IMG/VR virus record: IMGVR_UViG_3300042988_001550
From: a virus
Reading direction: 5' to 3' (one strand)
DNA: 64,000 nucleotides
Positions 19,332 through 26,874 of the stretch are shown piece after piece. A program made the translations under genes and the position numbers. The notes under the pieces are model-generated. The model was not told the DNA's origin, made no database searches, and was given only the letters and a program-made list of their open reading frames with translations. Positions within the stretch are counted from its first letter, which is position 1. Each line of letters opens with the position of its first letter.

Positions 19332-19635
19332 ATCTGACCGGACGTTCCTTGGAGAAGCGTCTAGGACGCATCGGGTCGAACATCCCGATCTCTTCTTCAA
19401 TGAACTGTTCCAGCTCGTACCAGTGGCACTTCATGTCGTAGTGCCCATCCTGTTCCGCGATAGCGCGCGTGACCTTACGCCCACCGACGTAGCACACAAG
19501 GTCAGTGCTCCATTCCGCGCGGTCCAGTCCGTACGTACGGAGAAAGCGCACAACCGCCTCAACGACACTAGGGCCGTTGGGGTAGTTTGCCTGGTTAGGC
19601 TGAGTGGTATTCACTCTTGTCGTTCTAGTAGCCAT
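19330..19635 (-). CDS. hypothetical protein, 101 aa
   Basis: ORF whose stop overlaps the start of the next minus-strand gene. Confidence 0.5.
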   Translation of the reverse strand: MATRTTRVNTTQPNQANYPNGPSVVEAVVRFLRTYGLDRAEWSTDLVCYVGGRKVTRAIAEQDGHYDMKCHWYELEQFIEEEIGMFDPMRPRRFSKERPVR

Positions 19636-20339
19636 TAGACTTTCGTCTCGTTTTCGGTAGCGTTTTCGGTAGCGTCTTCCTCATCGAAGATCGCCAGCTC
19701 GTCTTCGAGCTCTTTCGGGTATTTGCAGCCTGTGTGAACCATGTAGATGATGGCAATAGCGACAATCTGATTGTTGACGCGCTTGTATAGGCAAACGTAC
19801 CCACCGTCGCCGTATCCCGATGAAGAGACGACGCCGCGACTCAACGTACCAGCGTATTTCCGATCACCGCTATCACCGCAACAGGTGCGCTCGCAGCACC
19901 CACCGTAGAACGCGTCACCTAAACGCTCACTACGGTTCTTCCACATCTCGTCCTTGGGCTTGTCTGACTCTTCAAGAACGCCATCGTTGCGGTAGAACGT
20001 GTCGTCGAAGATACCAGCCTGGCCAGAATCAACCCCGACATGGAAATCCGCGACCTCCCACTGGCTGTAGTCGTTGGCGGCGCCAGCACTAATCAGTTCC
20101 TGGTGATCGGTGTGTGCAGCCATCAACTCGTGTACGCGATTGTATTCCCAGCGCGCAATAATGTCGGTGACATCAGCAGGGCAAGCCGGGCTGTGGACAA
20201 TAGCAGTCTCCCACGTTCCAGGAAGAACATCAGAGAGGCCGCCCATGCACCAGGTGCCGCGCTCATAGCACGGATCGGAAACAACAACCTTACCAGACGT
20301 AAGCTGGATACTGCCCAGCTTTTTGAAAAGAAGATCCAT
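19635..20339 (-). CDS. hypothetical protein, 234 aa, acidic C-terminus
   Basis: Long ORF. No motif I recognise. Confidence 0.55.
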   Translation of the reverse strand: MDLLFKKLGSIQLTSGKVVVSDPCYERGTWCMGGLSDVLPGTWETAIVHSPACPADVTDIIARWEYNRVHELMAAHTDHQELISAGAANDYSQWEVADFHVGVDSGQAGIFDDTFYRNDGVLEESDKPKDEMWKNRSERLGDAFYGGCCERTCCGDSGDRKYAGTLSRGVVSSSGYGDGGYVCLYKRVNNQIVAIAIIYMVHTGCKYPKELEDELAIFDEEDATENATENETKV

Positions 20340-20419
20340 TTTCTCGGTTTCTTACTAACAGAGCAAAAAAACAATGTGACAGTAATAAAAGGGTGGGAGA
20401 TTTCTCCCCCACCCCCTAT

Positions 20420-20807
20420 TGGTGACTTCGCTGGGATTTGAACCCAGGACCAACTGGTTAAACGTACCACTACAGCTTTCGCTGCCATACCAGACGCCAC
20501 AATCGTTAAACGCCCGCTGTTTGGTGGTCTGGACTATGCCTTTATCCAGGAGTCCGAGACGATGCTACGGAGCTGGATAGGTGATTATAGTCTCTACACG
20601 TCCTCACACGGCTTAGCGCCGAATTGTGACTGTACATACGATTACAGCCCTAGCAAGTTTCGCTCGGCGTTAGGGGTAGGTTCGAATGCCCCCTCTTTTA
20701 AGAGAGCCCTACTACCCATTCACCGAATTTACACCGTTTCACTGCACCATTACTGATACAGTGGCCCTTATTGAGCCAGTTGCTCTACCAGACTGAGCTA
20801 CGAAGTC
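20420..20807 (-). tRNA. tRNA-Lys(UUU) interrupted by a 311-nt group I intron (5' exon 20774..20807, 3' exon 20420..20462)
   Basis: The spliced exons give a canonical 77-nt cloverleaf: GACTTCG/CGAAGTC, GCTC/GAGC, ACTGG/CCAGT, CTGGG/CCCAG, loop CTTTTAA, and an encoded CCA. Confidence 0.75.
20463..20773 (-). other. group I intron within the tRNA-Lys anticodon loop (after U33)
   Basis: P1 pairs the exon end TGGCT with the internal guide GGCCA, including the U.G pair at the splice site. The intron ends in G. R-like (TAGAGACTATAA) and S-like (AAGGCATAGTCC) elements supply the P7 pairing GACTA/TAGTC. Confidence 0.7.
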
Positions 20808-20961
20808 GTTGTTTCAAAGAACGATACCGACCTGCTGGAACAGGTAGACCGATGCGTCAATTCTAGAGGCGAATCCGTCCCGCACAAACTCCCAAGAGCC
20901 TGTTTCGGGATTCTTCGCCTCAATTCCCCAGTTGTCCGCGAACAGCTTGATGCGGAACTCT

Positions 20962-21207
20962 CTAGCACCCGCGAATAACATCTTCGCCCCCTCGTCGGAA
21001 ACGTGCGATCGTCTGATCACCGGTTTGGCTGTGCCACTCCAGGATGTCTGTTTGAGGAACAGCTTGATTGGCCGGAGTAGCCTGCTTCTCAGCCTCCTCA
21101 GCAACACGTTCGATGGCGTCCATGATCACGCTACCAAGCAGCGTTCGATAGAACGCGTTGTTCATGGTTTTCAGGACAGCGATGTCCGACATGTTGAAGC
21201 CTGTCAT
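20962..21207 (-). CDS. hypothetical protein, 81 aa
   Basis: Coupled by ATGA overlap to the upstream small coiled-coil ORF. Confidence 0.4.
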   Translation of the reverse strand: MTGFNMSDIAVLKTMNNAFYRTLLGSVIMDAIERVAEEAEKQATPANQAVPQTDILEWHSQTGDQTIARFRRGGEDVIRGC

Positions 21208-21413
21208 ACTGTCCTCCTGAGGACATCTTTAGCATCCTCTAGCGCACGGATAGCTGTTCCCAGATCTTCTTCAGCCTCACAGGCATCGTTAGTTAGCTCT
21301 TCAGCCAACTCGACGAGTTTGTTCAGCTCATGCTGCTTATCTTGCAGCTGCTTTACGAGCTTCTCCAGCTTTTGGATCACCCGATCCTTGGCGTTTTTTT
21401 CTTTCTTGACCAT
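21204..21413 (-). CDS. small coiled-coil protein, 69 aa
   Basis: Lys/Glu-rich heptad sequence KLEKLVKQLQDKQHELNKLVELAEEL. Confidence 0.45.
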   Translation of the reverse strand: MVKKEKNAKDRVIQKLEKLVKQLQDKQHELNKLVELAEELTNDACEAEEDLGTAIRALEDAKDVLRRTV

Positions 21414-21430
21414 GTACTCCCTGTGGTTGG

Positions 21431-21452
21431 TGGTACCCCCGGCAGGATTCGA
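21431..21452 (-). pseudogene. 3' fragment of the same tRNA type (half T-loop, acceptor 3' strand, CCA)
   Basis: TCGAATCCTGCCGGGGGTACCA. The acceptor CGGGGGT is complementary, with a G.U pair, to the GCCCCCG of the 5' fragment. Confidence 0.5.
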
Positions 21453-21460
21453 GGGTAGTG

Positions 21461-21537
21461 TGGTGCGCCAGGTAGGACTCGAACCTACAACTTACCGGGT
21501 AGAAACCGGTGTGTCTATCCAATTGACTTACTGGCGC
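21461..21537 (-). tRNA. tRNA-Arg(UCU)
   Basis: GCGCCAG/CTGGCGC, ACCGG/CCGGT with loop TTTCTAC, GTAGG-TTCGAGT-CCTAC, and an encoded CCA. The D-stem is weak. Confidence 0.7.
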
Positions 21538-21539
21538 GG

Positions 21540-21956
21540 TTATGGAGCGAGTCGGTAATCAGATGCAAAACGCACCCCTACCAACTGCTTATTTCTAGGA
21601 GGCCTAGTTCTGAGTGTGACGGACTTTTCTACATCGTCCTTACCAACATAGTAGACCTCTTTTGTATTTGGACAGTAGATGGCAATCACGTCATACTCCG
21701 CCTTATCCATTGGAGTTATGTGCGTGCCGTGTCTATCATTCCAACATGAACGGAGATTGACGGTGATTGCGCCCTTTCTATCCACCTCGCGGTACTTAAC
21801 CTGAATTCTTGAGAATGCCTGACCGTCCCAAGAAACCAAATCAAATGTCTGAAATTCAGATAGAGGCACGAGCACAATCCGCCCCTGCTCAGCCAGATCT
21901 GCCGCAACCTTCATTACGCCCAGGTCGCCTTTAGTTTTAGTGTGATGATGCTTCAT
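21540..21956 (-). CDS. PD-(D/E)XK nuclease-like protein (Hjc-type resolvase or homing-endonuclease-like)
   Basis: The core GRIVLVPLSEF...FDLVSWDG...SRIQVKY fits a D...(E/Q)VK nuclease pattern. It sits between a tRNA 5' fragment and tRNA-Arg. Confidence 0.45.
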   Translation of the reverse strand: MKHHHTKTKGDLGVMKVAADLAEQGRIVLVPLSEFQTFDLVSWDGQAFSRIQVKYREVDRKGAITVNLRSCWNDRHGTHITPMDKAEYDVIAIYCPNTKEVYYVGKDDVEKSVTLRTRPPRNKQLVGVRFASDYRLAP

Positions 21957-21985
21957 GTGTAAAGCATAGCGACACCAGCAGATTA

Positions 21986-22021
21986 GGCAACCGTTGCTCT
22001 ATCCAGCTGAGCTACGGGGGC
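21986..22021 (-). pseudogene. 5' fragment of an Arg-type tRNA (acceptor, D-arm and half the anticodon arm)
   Basis: GCCCCCG-TA-GCTC-AGCTGGATA-GAGC-A-ACGGT-TGCC is a perfect tRNA 5' half. The matching 3' end sits at 21431..21452, with no anticodon 3' stem, variable loop or T-stem 5' strand between them. Confidence 0.55.
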
Positions 22022-22029
22022 ATTGTTAG

Positions 22030-22812
22030 TTAATGATCCGCAAACTGCGGATCATTATTTTGAAGACCTGCCTTACGCAGTTCTTTGGTGTTCAGTTGCT
22101 TACCAGGAGTGACATCGCGCTCTTCTCTGAAGAAGCGGTGCATTCTGGTATAGTGCCAATTTCCGTCCGCATCCTGCATATAAGACGAGTAATCGACCTC
22201 ATCGTATGCAACCGTTCTGGTCACGATGACAGCTCGGAACCAGCAACCGTTGCGGTACAGGAGATCGAGGCACTTGTTGTCTCTATAGGCCACGTCCGCG
22301 TCATCGAGCCGGATCTGACCTTTGTACTGATCTCCGCGCCACTTCATGTATGTACGGCGACTCTTCTGAAGGATACCACAAGCATCCACATAGAATCGCT
22401 CACCGGACACGTAGTACCACCTTGCCATCTCTTTGACGAGCAGGTGGCGGTAATCAGTTTCCACGCGACCCGTGAGGTAATGGAGCAGCCAACGACCTGA
22501 CGGCGATCTATAGTCGTACAGCCGACGCAGCTCGGAGTAAACCGCATCCCACGGTCTTCCAACATGGGCCTGGAGAAACTTCTCCAAAGGAGATATGCTC
22601 CAGAAAGGGCTCCGGCGGTCCAAGCGACCGTCAACGAAGATCATCGTTCGCTCCGGCAGGCTATCCTCGGGCAGGTGCTGGAGGTTACCGCGATTGATTC
22701 TACCACGGAACTTCGACCGCGACCTTCTACCCCTCGAACGACCGCGTTCGAGGATATCCTTATCAAGTCTCTTTGTGTCTCGCATCTGGCTTTCGTGTTT
22801 AGTGGTAAACAA
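22030..22812 (-). CDS. hypothetical protein, about 251 to 260 aa
   Basis: Long ORF. The track uses a TTG start; an ATG start at 22785 is an alternative. Confidence 0.55.
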   Translation of the reverse strand: MFTTKHESQMRDTKRLDKDILERGRSRGRRSRSKFRGRINRGNLQHLPEDSLPERTMIFVDGRLDRRSPFWSISPLEKFLQAHVGRPWDAVYSELRRLYDYRSPSGRWLLHYLTGRVETDYRHLLVKEMARWYYVSGERFYVDACGILQKSRRTYMKWRGDQYKGQIRLDDADVAYRDNKCLDLLYRNGCWFRAVIVTRTVAYDEVDYSSYMQDADGNWHYTRMHRFFREERDVTPGKQLNTKELRKAGLQNNDPQFADH

Positions 22813-22846
22813 AAGAGGTAGCCAAACAATCTGCAGACTACATAAG

Positions 22847-22855
22847 TCTTATGAC
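22847..22855 (+). promoter_or_regulatory. CTTATGACA motif copy (palindromic form CATAAG-T-CTTATG)
   Basis: Exact 9-mer between two minus-strand genes. Confidence 0.4.
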
Positions 22856-22895
22856 ACATATTGTTGGTGGTTGGCGGGGGAACCCGCCAACCACG

Positions 22896-23387
22896 TCACT
22901 TATTGTGCGGGTTTACTTTTGACTTCCAGCGTTTGCCTTGAGAGACTCTGCCGAAATCGATGCAAACCATCTTGCCGTTTATCGTACCGAGGTTGGCGTG
23001 GTGCAGGTCCCATGTATTCAGTTTAGCTTCCCGGATCTTATCCAGAAACGCCTCTGTGGGCGCACGTCTACCAACATTCTGAGCAACCTGCGTGAAGTAG
23101 CCGTAGACCTTGGTCCGATTAAGACCATCAAATCCACGCTCACCGTACGGTACAAAAAGGTGGAAGCGTTGCCCGACTGCTGGAGCTAGCTTCTTCTTGT
23201 GACCGTAGTATTGCCCATAGAACGAATGATCCCGCTCCTGCTTAGTTGGGAACAGTTTGATACCTGTCGAGTCGCTAATCCGGATGAACCCACTCTCCAC
23301 TCCAGTGGACATCTTGGATCCCCCCAATAGCGAGGACATTATCAGCAATTTGTTGTGCTTCGTCATCCGAAGCGATGCGATTGTCAT
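22896..23387 (-). CDS. small protein-kinase-like protein
   Basis: DLHHANLG (catalytic-loop-like HxDxxxxN) and VCIDFG (DFG). The N-terminus is probably shorter than the track shows, because it overlaps the upstream gene. Confidence 0.4.
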   Translation of the reverse strand: MTIASLRMTKHNKLLIMSSLLGGSKMSTGVESGFIRISDSTGIKLFPTKQERDHSFYGQYYGHKKKLAPAVGQRFHLFVPYGERGFDGLNRTKVYGYFTQVAQNVGRRAPTEAFLDKIREAKLNTWDLHHANLGTINGKMVCIDFGRVSQGKRWKSKVNPHNK

Positions 23388-23823
23388 TGACTTGTGTTGG
23401 CCAGTAGTAAGGAATGTCTGGTCCTTCTGTCCAACCGAATCTTCCGTAATATAGCGGGTCCTTCCTTAACAGGTTAGACCTATGTGATGCGTGAAAACGC
23501 TCGTTCCTGAACCAAGGAGGACACTCCATTAGTATTGGAGCTGGGGTCAGTGGCATCCTATTACGGCGACCACGCCTCTCCCATTCCCGTATGGACTCAT
23601 TGTAGTAGACGGCCAACATACGCTCATAACCTTGCCACATCAGCCTGGCTGGATGGTTTACCCATCCACGGCGAGAACGAGGTACGGTGCCGTCTACTTT
23701 CGGTAAATCTACGCCCAAACTGCGAAGAAGCTGTCCGGCCTCGATTCTCTGCTTACCTAGCCGCCTATTGTCTAGACACTGCAATGACAGGCGAATATCT
23801 GGGTAAGGGAGAAAGGTCTGCAC
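23275..23823 (-). CDS. hypothetical protein, 182 aa (weak resemblance to pyrimidine-dimer glycosylase N-termini)
   Basis: MQTFLPYPD...LDNRRLGKQRIEAGQLL has a T4 EndoV-like pattern. This is low-confidence recall. Confidence 0.5.
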   Translation of the reverse strand: MQTFLPYPDIRLSLQCLDNRRLGKQRIEAGQLLRSLGVDLPKVDGTVPRSRRGWVNHPARLMWQGYERMLAVYYNESIREWERRGRRNRMPLTPAPILMECPPWFRNERFHASHRSNLLRKDPLYYGRFGWTEGPDIPYYWPTQVNDNRIASDDEAQQIADNVLAIGGIQDVHWSGEWVHPD

Positions 23824-24677
23824 TACTTGTTGGGCATCGCCATGTTGAGCATGAGGCCGCTACCGTCGGTCATGAAGGTCGGCAGCCTGCCATCCCATTT
23901 CTGGAGGTACTCGTACGGGATGAGTGCCGGATTGTTTTCCAGAGCTCGCGCACGCTGCTCCAGTTCGAAGGAACGGGCCTCAGCAATCGTTCTGATTGAG
24001 ATAGCTTCCTGCTCCGCAGACTGCCGCTTCGCCGTAGCGATTTCGACCATCTGTTGGGCTTCAAGACGCTGTCTCTCCAGAATCGCGCGCTGCTGCTCGA
24101 CTTCCTGCTCAGCCTTCTTCTTCTGAACGATGGCGATCTGAACAGCCTCGGGAGGCGTCAGGTCTTTCGACAATACGCGCTCGATAGTAGCATGCTTACC
24201 CGCGTACTCTTGAAGCTGGTTCATGATGGCCAGCTGGAAAGCCTCTTGGCCCTCCTGCTTGAAGAAGTCTTCGCTAGCCTTGATTGTCTTGCTAGCCTCT
24301 CTACATGACGAGCGGAATCCCTGGACGATGACCTTGTCCTTCAGCTCCTGCATCCCACCAATCTCCAGGATGATCTCGTGGACATTAGCTAGGTTCGGGC
24401 GCCACTGGACAGAGAAATCACCGACGATTCTCTGCTGATCCTGAGCGAACAGCGACACGTCCTCCAGATCTTCACTTTGGAGGCGCCCGTCGAATTCAAC
24501 CCAGTCATAGAACGGGTTGGTCCACGCCGGTTCCGTCAGCGTTTCCTTCTGGAGTTCACCGAACAGCTTGGCCACCTTGACGTGACCAGGCTCGACGGTC
24601 TCCCACGCGTTGGCAGCAAACGCGATGCTGATGACCGCCACAATGGCTGCCACAACTAGTCCTACGATCTTTCCCAT
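23823..24677 (-). CDS. SPFH/band-7 (stomatin/prohibitin/HflC-like) membrane protein
   Basis: N-terminal TM segment, then an SPFH core (GHVKVAKLFGELQKETLTEPAWTNPFYDWVEFD...RIVGDFSVQWRP) and a long Glu/Gln-rich coiled coil. Confidence 0.7.
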   Translation of the reverse strand: MGKIVGLVVAAIVAVISIAFAANAWETVEPGHVKVAKLFGELQKETLTEPAWTNPFYDWVEFDGRLQSEDLEDVSLFAQDQQRIVGDFSVQWRPNLANVHEIILEIGGMQELKDKVIVQGFRSSCREASKTIKASEDFFKQEGQEAFQLAIMNQLQEYAGKHATIERVLSKDLTPPEAVQIAIVQKKKAEQEVEQQRAILERQRLEAQQMVEIATAKRQSAEQEAISIRTIAEARSFELEQRARALENNPALIPYEYLQKWDGRLPTFMTDGSGLMLNMAMPNK

Positions 24678-24868
24678 TAGAAGAAGTCCCCTTCTTTGAT
24701 CAGGTCAATGACCTGGTCTGGCGTCATCTTACTCTGATAACGCATCTGTTGCGTCAACTTGGAAATCATCGAACGCTTGAGGCTGGACTTTTCCAGCTCT
24801 CTGCCGATCATGATACCGACGAACACGCCGATACCAGCCACGGCAAGAATCATCAAAAACCAGAGCAT
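24677..24868 (-). CDS. small membrane protein, possible NfeD-like partner of the SPFH protein
   Basis: 63 aa with the N-terminal TM segment MLWFLMILAVAGIGVFVGIMIG. Its stop abuts the start of the SPFH gene. Confidence 0.45.
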   Translation of the reverse strand: MLWFLMILAVAGIGVFVGIMIGRELEKSSLKRSMISKLTQQMRYQSKMTPDQVIDLIKEGDFF

Positions 24869-24898
24869 TGCTCTCCTTGTTGGTTACTACTTTGAAGG

Positions 24899-24975
24899 TG
24901 GTCGGGGCGGCCGGATTCCAACCGACGACCTGCTGGACCCAAACCAGCCGCTCTAGCAAACTGAGCTACGCCCCG
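24899..24975 (-). tRNA. tRNA-Pro(UGG)
   Basis: CGGGGCG/CGCCCCG, GCTC/GAGC, GCTGG/CCAGC with loop TTTGGGT, GTCGG-TTGGAAT-CCGGC, and an encoded CCA. Confidence 0.75.
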
Positions 24976-24979
24976 AAGA

Positions 24980-25064
24980 TGGTAGGGATGACGGGAGTCG
25001 AACCCGTACGCCTTTCGACACAGCGGCCTAAACGCTGCGCGTCTGCCAATTCCGCCACATCCCC
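24980..25064 (-). tRNA. tRNA-Leu(UAG), long variable arm
   Basis: GGGGATG/CATCCCT (G.U), CAGCG/CGCTG with loop TTTAGGC, a 13-nt variable arm, ACGGG-TTCGACT-CCCGT, and CCA. Confidence 0.7.
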
Positions 25065-25070
25065 ACCCGA

Positions 25071-25460
25071 TTAATTGACTGTGTTGAAGTTTAGCACGGA
25101 GAACGGTATCTGCTCAGTATCACCGTACCCAGCCATCACCAGATCCGAATACATCACCGACGATCGGTATGTGTTCATTGAGTGGATGATGATATGAGGT
25201 ACACGCTCCTTGCAGATATCGCTAACATTCGCCACCATGTACCGAACCACCTCAGTACCTGAATTGACATCAGGCGGTTCGACACACTCTTGGTTCTCTC
25301 CCAGATCGTGGTCCAGGAATATTAGATCGAAGGTGTGCGCTTTCAGTAAGGACTTGGCCTCCTCAGCCGTCTTGCACATCTTCAGATCAGTCCCAACCAG
25401 ACAGCGGGTGAATTTCGCTATCCGGTTGGGATTGTCCTCTACGATGAGGATACGTGTCAT
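25071..25460 (-). CDS. stand-alone response-regulator receiver (CheY-like) domain protein
   Basis: The internal start MTRILIVEDNPNRIAKF gives a receiver fold, with an acidic pocket DLIFLDHDLG. The track's long N-terminal extension overlaps the upstream gene and is rejected. Confidence 0.6.
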   Translation of the reverse strand: MTRILIVEDNPNRIAKFTRCLVGTDLKMCKTAEEAKSLLKAHTFDLIFLDHDLGENQECVEPPDVNSGTEVVRYMVANVSDICKERVPHIIIHSMNTYRSSVMYSDLVMAGYGDTEQIPFSVLNFNTVN

Positions 25461-26089
25461 ACCTGGTAGGTCGGCTGCCACTTCACCGTGGTCTGGCCAT
25501 TCTCCACAACCGGCTTCGGAGCCCACACGTGTCGGGTCTTTGCCGGGCGAGGCCAGGTGGCCATGATGCCGCGAGGCTGAACAGTCAGATCGCGCAGACG
25601 GTAGAACGCCGCTGTCGGATCGAACTTCTCGTTCACAGCTTCCACGATCACGGTGTAGCCACCAGGAGTCGTCGAGACATTGCCGAAGCCCACGATGCGC
25701 ACGTGGTTGTACAGCTTGGCGTTCTGACCAAGAATGGTCTCCAAGCACCACGGACGATTCAGGAACCGCTCGATGCAGGTCAGGCGACCCTGGCGACGGT
25801 TGTACCCGTCACGCTTGGTCACGGTGACAGTTTCCATCTGCTTCGTCTTGCGGTTCTTGCGCGTCACCCGGACCTCGTACTCCTCTTCGAGGCAACGAGA
25901 GACTTCCATCGCCGGCTGCTTTGACGGGTAGTTGTCCGGCCAGAACGAGCAGATCGTGGCCCCACCGTGGAACGACGGAGTCAGCCGCCCACGGATGTAT
26001 TCCTCCGGACGGAGGTGGATCGTCGACATACCCGCCACAAGGCGCGGGAATTTGTCCTCCGAGCCTTTCACAAACACTGAGATTTCCAT
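25457..26089 (-). CDS. hypothetical protein, 210 aa
   Basis: ATGA-coupled to the downstream receiver gene. A CTTATGACA motif and a GATC hairpin lie upstream. Confidence 0.55.
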   Translation of the reverse strand: MEISVFVKGSEDKFPRLVAGMSTIHLRPEEYIRGRLTPSFHGGATICSFWPDNYPSKQPAMEVSRCLEEEYEVRVTRKNRKTKQMETVTVTKRDGYNRRQGRLTCIERFLNRPWCLETILGQNAKLYNHVRIVGFGNVSTTPGGYTVIVEAVNEKFDPTAAFYRLRDLTVQPRGIMATWPRPAKTRHVWAPKPVVENGQTTVKWQPTYQV

Positions 26090-26134
26090 GTTCGGTTACA
26101 GTACGCTAGTACTGCCCAAAAGAGTTACAAAAAA

Positions 26135-26173
26135 CAAGTGATCCAATACTAGAGGATCATTTCTCTTATGACA
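26135..26173 (+). promoter_or_regulatory. Composite element GATCCAAT-N6-GGATCA-TTTCTCTTATGACA
   Basis: Exact 9-mer with an adjacent 6-bp GATCCA/TGGATC hairpin. A near-identical block lies at 60203..60257. Confidence 0.45.
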
Positions 26174-26203
26174 TAAAAACAAGGACTTGTGGTCCTTGTT
26201 AGG

Positions 26204-26294
26204 TGGTGCTGACGGTAAGAGTCGAACTTACCGGGACCGGTTAGGTATCATCGGATTTACAGTCCGACCTCGCGCCCTACGAGACTACGTCAGC
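26204..26294 (-). tRNA. tRNA-Tyr(GUA), type II
   Basis: GCTGACG/CGTCAGC, TCGGA/TCCGA with loop CTGTAAA, a long variable arm, GTAAG-TTCGACT-CTTAC, and CCA. Confidence 0.7.
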
Positions 26295-26296
26295 TT

Positions 26297-26372
26297 TGGT
26301 GGGGATAGCGGGATTCGAACCCGCACTTAACGGATTTTAAGTCCGCTGCCTCGGCCGTTGGGCTATATCCCC
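26297..26372 (-). tRNA. tRNA with anticodon UAA (Leu by anticodon) but a short 5-nt variable arm
   Basis: A clean 76-nt type I cloverleaf: GGGGATA/TATCCCC, GCGGA/TCCGT with loop CTTAAAA, GCGGG-TTCGAAT-CCCGC, A73 and CCA. Confidence 0.6.
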
Positions 26373-26378
26373 ATTGGC

Positions 26379-26861
26379 CTATTTGAGCTCTGGACGCAAC
26401 TCACCGTTCGGTGTTAGGAAGTTACCGAAGGCGAAATACTTCCTGGCGCGTTCTCTGAACGATTCCGCAAAGGTTCCTTCAGCCGCCTCTTCGTCTGGCA
26501 GGTTGAGCCAATACTGCCATCTCTCTCGAATGTGCTCGTTTGCTTCTTTGAGAGGCCAGTAGCACGATTGCGCCGAGTGCCACGTACCTGCATCATCTAT
26601 GATGCAGACATTCGTTAAGACCCATGTCTTACGTCCGACGATGTTCCAGACGTACTCAATCTCTTTGATTTGACGATTGAAGCCGTCGCATACCATCACA
26701 TAATCACCGACGCGCAACTTGATGTAAGGTTCTAGCGCCGTCAAATCATGTGAATACTTCTTGGCGATGCGTCTACGACCCTTGTAAGTCCTTCCAGGGA
26801 TCTGTACGTCAGGACCGTCGGCAACTTCGAGGATGACCGTGATATCTTCGCGGTACTTCAT
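26379..26861 (-). CDS. hypothetical protein, 160 aa
   Basis: ORF nested between two tRNA pairs. Confidence 0.55.
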   Translation of the reverse strand: MKYREDITVILEVADGPDVQIPGRTYKGRRRIAKKYSHDLTALEPYIKLRVGDYVMVCDGFNRQIKEIEYVWNIVGRKTWVLTNVCIIDDAGTWHSAQSCYWPLKEANEHIRERWQYWLNLPDEEAAEGTFAESFRERARKYFAFGNFLTPNGELRPELK

Positions 26862-26874
26862 GTTTCTTGGTTGT

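Noticed and set aside
20562-20756. 64-aa + strand ORF inside the tRNA-Lys region
   Set aside because: It lies antisense within the group I intron core (the P3 to P7 region). It has no ribosome-binding site and a low-complexity composition. The intron is too short (311 nt) to host a homing endonuclease.
21975-22013. The tRNA 5' fragment as the 5' exon of a second group I intron, with ORF 21540..21956 as an intron-encoded homing endonuclease
   Set aside because: No P1 pairing with an internal guide sequence can be drawn near any U in the anticodon loop. A complete tRNA-Arg lies inside the would-be intron. The downstream fragment lacks the anticodon 3' stem and T-stem 5' strand, so the exons cannot be ligated into a tRNA.
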